A DNA stretch of 64,000 nucleotides. Origin: the human T2T-CHM13v2.0 reference genome, Homo sapiens. The notes under the pieces were generated by a model. The model was not told the origin of the DNA, searched no databases, and saw only the letters and a program-made list of their open reading frames with translations. The position numbers and the translations under genes are program-made. The first letter of the stretch is position 1. Every line of letters begins with the position of its first letter. This document shows, piece by piece, positions 46,464 to 56,000 of this stretch. The stretch lies in assembly GCF_009914755.1 (NCBI RefSeq), contig NC_060934.1; one strand, given 5' to 3'.

Positions 46464-46759
46464 GGCTGGACACAGTGGCTCACACCTGTAATCCCAGCAC
46501 TTTGGGAGGCCAAGGCAGGTGGATCACTTGAGCTCGGTAGTTCAAGACCAGCCTGGGCAACATAGCAAGACTCCATCTCCACAAAAAGTACAAAAATTGG
46601 CTGGGTGTGGTAGCATACACCTGTTGTCCCAGCCACTCTGGAGGCTGAGGCAGGAAATCACTTCAGGCCAGGAAGCAGACATTGCAGTGAGCCATGATCG
46701 CACCACTGCACTCCAGCCTGGGCACTACAGAGACCCTGTCTCAAAAAAAAAAAAAAAAA
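46464..46759 (+). mobile_element. Alu (AluJ-like)
   Basis: TSD aagat.tgct. Confidence 0.9.
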
Positions 46760-47052
46760 GATCTGCTGAAGGGTTGGTTCACCAAAAAGCAGAATACGGC
46801 AGCAAGAACAGGTTTAAGAGGGAGCAGAGATTAGTATCCTTTTGGACATGCTGAGTTTGAGATGTTTGTTCTAACCACATGAGGATGTCATGTGAGCAAT
46901 AGATATACAAGTGGATGATCGGAGATATTTAAGAGAAGGACCTATAGGACCGGATACCTGATTGAATGGATAAGGGGTCAGGGAGGGCAGTAAGGGACAG
47001 ACAGCTGTCAAGGTTGTCTTCTTCATCCTCAGCTTGGTAATACATTTTTGAA

Positions 47053-47349
47053 GTCCAGGCGCGGTGGCTCACGTCTGTAATCCCAGCACTTTGGGAGGCC
47101 GAGGAAGGCAGATCACCTGAGGTGAGGAGTTTGAGATTAGCCTGGCTAACATGGGCAAAATCCTGTCTCTACCAAAAATACAAAAATTAGCCAGGCATGG
47201 TGGCGCGCACTTGTATTCCCAGATATTTGGGAGGCTGAGGCAGGAGAATCGCTTTAACTTGGGAGGCAGAGGTTGCAGCGTGCCACTAGCACTCCAGCCT
47301 GAGTGACAGAGCAAGACTGTCTCAAAAAAAAAACAAAAAACAAAAAACA
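47053..47349 (+). mobile_element. Alu
   Basis: Forward consensus with A-rich tail. Confidence 0.9.
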
Positions 47350-48191
47350 AGTTGTTGATAGGTCCACCAATAGAGATGGGGAATGCAGGAGGAAGAACAG
47401 GCTGGAATGTGAAGATAATGAGTTTGGCTTCCAATACATTGAATTCAACGTGCCTGTGGGACATCTGTGCAGACAGCATAGCCAGTTACACAGATCTGCA
47501 ACCAGGAGGTGAGGATTTAGCCTGGAGATACTGACTGGGGAGTCATCAGCATGTAGATGGTAATAAAGCTCAGGAGTAAATGAGATAGCCCCAGGGTGTA
47601 GATTGGTAAGAGAAGAGGATGGAAAGCAGAACTCTGAAGACTGCCAACATTTATGAGATGGAAATTGGAGACATCTATGATTAGAAGATAAGAAGAAAAC
47701 GACAAGCATATGATATCTTACAAGTTAAGGGGAGTGTTCAAAAAAGACAAGAAGTGAGGAATTGTTTAGATTGTTTATCCTGGAGGTCACTGGTGAGGAG
47801 GTCAGAAAGGGCCCTCCAACTGCTTCCAAGCTAGACCTTCTTTCTTTGCACCATCCTTACAGCATGGAATTGAGGATTAGGGCTTAGAAGCCACTTTCTC
47901 CTTGTTTGTTCATTCATTCATTTATTCACATATTCACTTGCCCTGCATATAACCCCCCATGTGAAGAGATACAAAACACTAAAGACAGGCTCTGTCATCA
48001 GAGGATCAGGGACCCAGGGGTCATACTGAACTAGATTTCAATCTCAGTTCTACCATTTAGAACATAATCTTTGATGACTCCAAAATCCCTATCTCCAGGA
48101 CAAACATCCCCACTGGGCCTGTATATACAATTGTCTCCTCAACATTTCCATTGGGATATGAGCCAACTCAACTTAGAAAATCCCTTTACTC

Positions 48192-48439
48192 ACCAGCCTG
48201 GGCAACATGGTGAAACCCTCACTCTACAAAAAAATACAAAAATTTAGCTGGGCTGTTTTGTGAGCTTGTAGTCCTAGCTACTCAGGTGGCTGAGGAGGTA
48301 GGATCACCTGAGCCTGGGAAGTTGAGGCTGCAGTGAGCCATGATTGCGCCACTGCACTCAAGCCAGGGCAACAGGGTGAAACCCTGTCTCAAAAAAAAAG
48401 AAAAGAAAAGAAAAGAGAAAATAGAGAAGAAAAGAAAAT
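48192..48439 (+). mobile_element. 5'-truncated AluJ-like element
   Basis: Starts at accagcctgggcaac; GAAAA tail. Confidence 0.88.
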
Positions 48440-48594
48440 ACCCTTACTCAAATAATCTAATCCTGTTCAATTTTCCCCTTTTTAGTAAATGGTGCTACCA
48501 TCAGCCTTTTGTTGAGATCCAAATCCTAGGAATCATTTTTAAAACATTTTTGGAGGATAGAAGGGAAAAATATAGAGTATAAATATTATAGTAT

Positions 48595-48884
48595 AGCCTG
48601 GCATGGAGGCTGACGCCTGTAATCCTAGCACTTTGGGAGGCCAACGCAGCTGGATTACCTGAGGTCAGGAGTTTGAGACCAGGCTTACCAATATAGTGAA
48701 ACCTTGTCTCTACTAAAAATACAAAATTAGCCAAGCGTGGTGGTGCATGCCTGTAACCCCAGCTACTCAGGAGGCTGAGGCAGGAGAATCACTTGAACCC
48801 TGGAGGCGGAGGTTGGAGTGAGCCGAGATCACGCCATTGCACTCCAGCCCGAGCAACAAGAGTGAAACTTGTCTCAAAAAACAA
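48595..48884 (+). mobile_element. Alu
   Basis: Forward consensus; attatagtata on both sides. Confidence 0.9.
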
Positions 48885-49260
48885 TAATTATAGTATATAT
48901 AATATATGGTATATTATAGTATATATATGGTATAGTATATATGGTATATTATAGTATATAATATATGGTATAGTATATATATGGTATATTATAGTATATA
49001 TAATATATGGTATGGTATATATAACATGGTATATTATAGCATATATAATATACACTATAAATACATATAATACATATAGTATATTTATACTATATACTTA
49101 TCACCATATACTGTATATCCTATACTAGATATAATATGTACTATATATAATAGTATACTATACTTTTATAGTGTACTTATAATATATAGTATCTTATACT
49201 ATACTTATATAGCACACTTATAATAAGCATACTATTATATAATATATAATAGATATATAA
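48885..49260. repeat. AT-rich degenerate tandem repeat (tatagtatatat/atatggta units)
   Basis: Seen directly. Confidence 0.9.
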
Positions 49261-49839
49261 GGAAGGCCCTGTGTGTTCTGGCCCCTACCTTTCTTCCTGG
49301 ACACATGGCCTTCTTTCTGTCCTGGAACCTGCCTGTTCTATTGCTTTTGCATTTGTTTTTTCTTCCGACTGGATCGCTCCTCCCCCAGGTTTCACCTATC
49401 TGACTCTTTGTGTGCATTCAGGTCCCAGCTCAAATGTCACTTTTTCAGAAAGCCTTTGTGTGAGCCTGTTATTCTCTATCACGTAAATTGTCCTCCGTGT
49501 ATTTACGTTAAATTTTTTGTACGTTTTTCTGGGAATTCTCAGGGCCTAGAAAAATATTTTGTTAAAGATTTATTGACTGACCATTGACCTTGGCAGATTT
49601 CTGCAGTTCTTTAAGCCATGGTTTCCTTATTAATAGAGGAATAAATGCCTATCTTGCTAGGTAGTTTAAAGTGCCAGGGATGAAGTTAAAAGTATTAAGG
49701 ACATCGGGAAATCTCCCCACACTGAACCTTTGCATTTCCCTGCTCAGTTCCACCGGACTGCTGAGCAGACCGACAAACGCTCCTTTCCCTCTGGGTAAAA
49801 AGAGCCACGGGTCTTCACTTCAGGCCCAGGAAGAGGTGG

Positions 49840-52800
49840 TCCCACTACGCCGTGGCATCATCGCTTTTTTAACAAGCGCGGAAAACCCCCTCCCATCCCA
49901 ATGTTTAATGTACCGAAGTTTGTGAGAGTCACGTGAGACTCTCGGGTCTGCCCCGCCTTAGGGAGGTGGAGCCTCAGCTTGTGGGCCAATAGCAGGAGCA
50001 GCCTCCGGAACAGCCCCAACGCGACAGGGAAAGGGGGAGGAGCCGGGCGCCCGGCCCTGTAACTGTACTTCCGGAAAGCACGCCCCGCCCCTTCCCCCCC
50101 ACCGCGCCCGTTTCTTTCGCCAGTGCCGGGTGGGCCGAACCGGCGGGTGCCGATTAAAGGCGCCGCCTGCCGCTTTCTCCTCGCCCCCCAGCGCCGCAGC
50201 TCTCCGCCCCCTTCCCGAGTAGCGGGACCGGCCTTGATGTAGGGACACCACCCCCCGTCTCCTTCCGCCCCAGCCCGGGAGCTCGGCTCGCTGCAGCCCC
50301 TGGCCCTCCCGTTTCCCCACCCTGCCTGCCCCGCTCTGCTCCGAACCCATTGTATACGGCCGGCTGCGGACTCCCAGGCCGGGCCGTGGCGGGGGCCCCG
50401 GGACCCCCGAGTGCCCCTCCGGCTGGTCCCGCGGGCCGCGGCATCTCCGCCGCCGCCTTCCTCGCGGCGGCGGCGAGGGCGCCCTTTCCTCCCCGCGCGG
50501 GTGACGGGGACGCACCCCCACCCCGGGGCGCCCCTTCGCGGGGGGAGAGCCGGGCCCGAGCAAGTCGAGGCAGGAAAGGGCCGCCACGGACTGCCCGGCC
50601 CGCCGATCGTTTTTATTATCGAGATTATTATTAAAAGGGGGCGGGGACCCCAGGACGCGGGGGAGGGGCTGGATACGCAGGTATTTTTATTAAACAGATT
50701 ATTCCTGAAATAATAATACGCGCAAGATGGCTGAAGGTGGCTGTGATGAGAGTGTTGGGGTTGGGATTTTTTTCTTCCTGTTTTTTCTTTTTTGATCTGA
50801 GGATAAAGCTCTGAGGCGACAGCGGCTGCGGAGACCCTGCCCGAAGCGCCCTCCCCTCCCTTGAGAAGCCGCGGGCAGACAGACGGACCTCGGACCGAGC
50901 AACGGGTGCGGGCCCGCCCCGGACGCGTCGCCTGGGCAGCAGCCGGGGACCGCGGGCTCTCGCCTTTCTGCCGACTTCTTCCAATTCTCATCTTCTTTTA
51001 TTTTTTGGACAGGACCGGGGTGGGTGGAGCAGAGGTGGAGAGAAATCGGGACTTGGCATTTTCTCCCTCTCTCTCTCCTAATTTGTTGGAGGCCGCCAGC
51101 CCTCCCCTTGGAAAAAAAAAAATCCCACCAAAAAAAAAAAAAAAAAAAAATCAGGAGCGAGAGGACGCCGCGGGGCCCTCAGCGAGCGCGCCCAGACCCC
51201 GGCCGCCGCCGCGGAGCCCAAGATGGCTGGGCGCTGAGGGTGGCGGCTCGGCCTGGCCCCGCCGCCGCAGGCTGGCTCCGACCGCAGCCCCGAGCCTTCC
51301 AGGCCCCAGCAGAGGCCGAGAAGAAAAGAAAGTGGGGGGGAGGGGGCCGGGGGGGCGAAGGGGGAGGGCCGGGGGAGGGGAGGGGAGGGCCGGGAGCCGA
51401 GCCTCCTGTTCATTAGCAGTTGAGAAAAATTCCTTTCTAGTTTGATCAATCCTTGTTTTCCTCGGCAGAGCCCGGGCGCCCGCCCAGCGCGGAGACGGGC
51501 GCGCGGGGTCTCTCCGCGGCGGGGGCGCCGGGCCTCGGGGGAGCGCAGAAGTAGCCGCCCGGGGGTCAGGCCGGAGCGCCGCCGGGGCTTCTCCCTCCCT
51601 CCCTCGCCGGTTGCCTTTTTTTCCACTTCTCTCCCTCCCCCTTCCGTTTCTATTTGTGAAGGGAGGAGGAAGGCAGAGGCGGGCTGGTGTCTCTGGCCGG
51701 GGACTGGAATTTCATCTGAATGACTGCCCCTGCGCGCACGCAGCGCCCCGGAGTCGGCCCGCCCGCGCCCCGCAGCCCGCGCCCGGCCAGCCAGCCGGGG
51801 GACGCCTGCACCGTGGCCCGGGGACCGCCGGCCTGCCCCTCCCGCCCCGTCCGGATCTAGCAGCCCTCGGCGCGGCCGCCCTCGCCTCCTGGCCCCGCAG
51901 ACCCCGGGCTCCGGCCCCTGCGAGGGAGGTGCGGCGCCGACGAGCCAGGCAGGAGCCGCCGCTGCCGCCGCCGCCGGAAGAAGTGTGCTGCTCCCAAGCT
52001 CCGTCTGCCGCGGGGCGCGCCCCAATGTCAGCCGCGGGGACGAGCGCAGGCCGCGGGCCGCCACTGCCCTAGCCGCGCCGACGGGGAGGCGGCCTCTTAT
52101 ATGGAATTTGGACCCCGGCGCTCCCCTCCAAGGCTGGAGTCCCGGCCGCGGCCCTGGCGCAGTCCGCCGCCTCCCGCTAGGCGCTCGGGAGGAGGAGGAG
52201 ACGCAGCCCGCTGCGCGCGCGGCGTGAGGACCGCGGCTCCCTCCTCCGGGGGGCGGGCACGCGGAAGGCGCTGCTGACTGAGCGACCGTCGGGGCCGGCT
52301 GGGGCCGGAGCTCGGGGCTCGGTGGGCCTACAGCGGCTCCGGACGGACCCCCGGGGCTGGGGAGTCGGGGAGGCCTGCCCCGGCCCCCTGCCCGCGGCCG
52401 CCATGGCGGAGAATTGGAAGAACTGCTTCGAGGAGGAGCTCATCTGCCCTATCTGCCTGCACGTTTTCGTGGAGCCAGTGCAGCTGCCGTGCAAACACAA
52501 CTTCTGCCGGGGCTGCATCGGCGAGGCGTGGGCCAAGGACAGCGGCCTCGTACGCTGCCCAGAGTGCAACCAGGCCTACAACCAGAAGCCGGGCCTGGAG
52601 AAGAACCTGAAGCTCACCAACATCGTGGAGAAGTTCAATGCCCTGCACGTGGAGAAGCCGCCGGCGGCGCTGCACTGCGTGTTCTGCCGCCGCGGCCCCC
52701 CGCTGCCCGCGCAGAAGGTCTGCCTGCGCTGCGAGGCGCCCTGCTGCCAGTCCCACGTGCAGACGCACCTGCAGCAGCCCTCCACCGCCCGCGGGCACCT

Positions 52801-53000
52801 CCTGGTGGAGGCGGACGACGTGCGGGCCTGGAGCTGCCCGCAGCACAACGCCTACCGCCTCTACCACTGCGAGGCCGAGCAGGTGGCCGTGTGCCAGTAC
52901 TGCTGCTACTACAGCGGCGCGCATCAGGGACACTCGGTGTGCGACGTGGAGATCCGAAGGAATGAAATCCGGGCAAGTACCCTACGCGCGCGCGCGCACA
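49840..53000. promoter_or_regulatory. CpG island / TRIM8 promoter, probably bidirectional
   Basis: Very high GC and CpG density; GC boxes, CCAAT 49986, E-box 49930, ETS 50067, YY1-like CAAGATGGC at 50723 and 51219. Confidence 0.92.
52403..52972 (+). CDS. TRIM8: TRIM8 coding exon 1: RING, B-box1, B-box2 (MAENWKNCFEEELICPICL...RRNEIR)
   Basis: Perfect Kozak GCCGCCATGG; C3HC4 RING and B-box Cys/His patterns; 570 nt ending at a CGG|gcaagt GC donor, in frame with exon 2. Confidence 0.96.
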
Positions 53001-53012
53001 CACACACACACA
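52985..53012. repeat. (CG)6(CA)8 alternating purine-pyrimidine tract
   Basis: Seen directly. Confidence 0.95.
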
Positions 53013-56000
53013 GACACACAGTCCCTTCCTCTCTCCCGCCCCGGGACCACCCATCCCGACAGGCTGACTCTTGTGACATCAGGCCAGTGGCCCCTGGCCA
53101 AACTCTTCTCTGAAAGTTTGGGGACAGGGTCCTGGGAAGAAGGGCCCCGGGTCGCTACTTGGTACATTCTCGCACCTGTGCGCACAGGGTCCGTCTTCTG
53201 AGTGCTTTATGGGATTGGGGTGTGGGACCGTCAGGGGTAGAGTCTGGGTGTTGCTTTTCTGTGGTGCGCAGCTCCCTCCCCCAGTCTTGTTGCTGTAGGC
53301 CCTACGGGAAGTCACCGAGGCAGTGACCCCGGTCCTGCCTCTCCAGCTGCTGTTTATGTAATGAGTGTCCCGGTGCCGCTGCTGTGGCTGACATGATCCA
53401 TGATGCTGGCATACCAATGAGGAAGTAAACAAAAGCAGCCATGTTAGTTTTCAGCGCTATTGGAAACACACTGGGGGGGGAGTGGGGGGAGTTTCCAGAG
53501 GGAGAGCAGAACTCCGGCCGTCTCTCTGGACAGGGCCTGGGCAGCCAGCGAGGCCCCGACAGCGGCTCCGCTATTTGGATTCCTCCCGAGAGCCGGCTCT
53601 CCCTGTGTGAGAATCGCTGCCCTGTGTGCCTGTGTGTCGCACGGGCCGCATGAACAAGCCTTCAAGTATCTGTCTTCATCATCCTGGCCCTTTCGCCTAG
53701 CACAGCCCTCTCGCCGCCCTCCCACATTTGGGGAGGGGAAGTGGAAGACGGAAAAAGAATCCTGTGGGTTTAAGGTTGAGCCGCCTTGAAATCTGGTTTC
53801 AGGCAGCTGGCTCCCCTGGGCTGCCGGCTGGGTGATTACGGAACCGCGTCCCCTCCCATTGTATACACCCTGCGGCCGCGGCCAATGTCAAACCGCCTCC
53901 CCCCTCAGGCCTCTGGGCCTGGTTTTGGAGCTGGACTGAGGCAATACTTCCGTCCCCTTCAGTGGAGGGGGCTCCTCCTAGGTCCCTCCCCAGTCCTCTG
54001 GCTTTCAGGGTTGAGTCATACCAAAATGAAGGGGTTGGCCTGACACCGAGGAGTCCTCTCTGAAGCCCCACCTTGGGGCCTGGGGCCTGGGTGTGATATC
54101 TGGGGGCTAGGCTGCACTCTGGTGGGACTGGGAGTGTCTCTGGGTGGGGATCCCTGGAGGTTAGTGGAGGCCAGTGCGGAGGCTGGCTATGAGGAAGCTC
54201 TGTTCAGGGCATGATTGGAGATGGGGCTGTTTCCTGTGTGGGGGGACCAGTCAGAATGAGTCACTGTTTAGCAATTAAAAAACATACACATACAACCAAC
54301 AAAAGGCAGGAGGGCCACCACAGGCTGGGGCGGGGGCAGCAAATACGATTTGCTGTATAATTAGTTTCCAATCGGATGGACTAGCCCTGGGTTTGTGTGC
54401 CAGGATAGGCCTCTGGTTTCTTAAAGGAAGTGTGTCCTCCACCCCCTGTGTCCTCCATCCCCGTTCAGGGCAGGCACAGCCCACACTTTCCCCAGTATTG
54501 GGAAGCTGCTGCTATTAATAAAGATGGAAGGGCTGGGGGAGGAGGCCGGGAAAAGTGCAGAGGCAGGAGAAAGGAGGGCTGTCCAGTTCTGTCCTGGGAT
54601 TGGCAGTGGAAAATGAGAGGAGGGGAAAGGAGATGTGGCTGAAAGGAACAGGGGAGGGGCAGCAACCTGGGCGATGGGCGGATGCCTGCCCGCACCCACA
54701 GTGCTGCTGTAGCTGGTCTGAGTTCTAGGGATGTCTTTAATTGGGGTGGGGGAGAAAACGTCATTATACCTGACTTGGTGTAGGAGGATAGCTTTAGGTG
54801 TCTGTGTTTTTGAATGTCTTTGAGACTGTGTGCTTCGCCCTCCAATGCACCTGTCTCCTGTCTCTACAGTTCAGGGCACAGGCAGGGGTGGGTGGGTGGC
54901 ATGTGCATGCAGAGTATTCCCTGGGGTGCCCCCCAGCAGGCCCCTCATTTCCAGACTCGTGGATTGGATGGAAGCAGGCACTGAACTTTGTCGGCAACTC
55001 CGCAGGGTGTGTGTGTGCGTGTGTGCGTGTGTGTGCGTGCGCGTGCATGCGCGTGCTTTCTTGTGCCTGGTGTGGGCAGGCTCAGAAGTAGTGGGTTGCA
55101 TCAGGGCCAGATGTGCAATTCTGTGCGTTCAGCAGCTGTGCCCTGCAGTGGCAGCCTGAGCCTCATCCTTCTCCAGGTTCCCCCTCCCCAGGCCCCTGAT
55201 TCTTTCTGGTGCCCCAGGCCACTGGGGTTGGAAACCCTTCAGTAGCCCAGTGTCACTCAAGTATGAGTTTGACTTATTGAATGTGGAGGAATAGGGGCCC
55301 TGCCTGCCCTCCCAGGAGGGAGAGGAGGGGGTGAACCATAGGAACCTAAATGGAAGAACCCTCTGCACTCTCTGTAGGCCAAACAGGGGGAGTGGGTGGA
55401 GCGCTCTTCCTTGGCCCCTTTTCTCTTCCCGGAGGGAGTCTGCCTTAAAGGGCCTTTGCTGGTGTTGTGGGCGAGGGCCACAGAATTCCCCAGGATACAG
55501 GGGCAGAAGCACAGAGACCTGGCACCTGCCTTAAAATCTAGGCTCTGCTTCTTGTGCGTCCTCTTCTGCCCTCCCAGGGGGATTGCTGACATGCCTGTCA
55601 ACTGGCTAGAAATAGGAAACTCTGATTAACCCCTCCCTGGTGGCCTCACCCTCATATACTTACAGCATCCACAGGTGCACATGGGCCATAGCCTAGAGCA
55701 GGGACCCAGCAGGAGAGCAAACAGGTCCTCCATCCATCCTGGGGAACTACAAGGGGGACTCTCAGAATCAGGCCCAAGCAGGTTGTTGCCCTAATCTTCC
55801 CTTGGGAAGCCAGTGTGTCGGCCACATTGCCGAGGCCTGGATACTCACTGGATGATCCCGAGACCATTGTCTAGGATGTGCCTAGATCCTAAATGTGCTC
55901 TCCCATGAGGCTGTGGGGAAGCTAAGGGCCCAAGATTTGGACATCCAGGTGGGCTCAGGCCTGGCAGTCCTGAGTGGTCAGACCCCTCCTAGCCCCCAGG

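Noticed and set aside
49858-52064. Long minus-strand ORFs (377, 209 and 328 aa)
   Set aside because: Low-complexity R/G/A/P translations typical of stop-poor CpG islands, with non-ATG starts and no recognisable domain
52095-52104. CArG/TATA-like TCTTATATGG
   Set aside because: Mismatch at a conserved CArG position; cannot be assigned without TSS data
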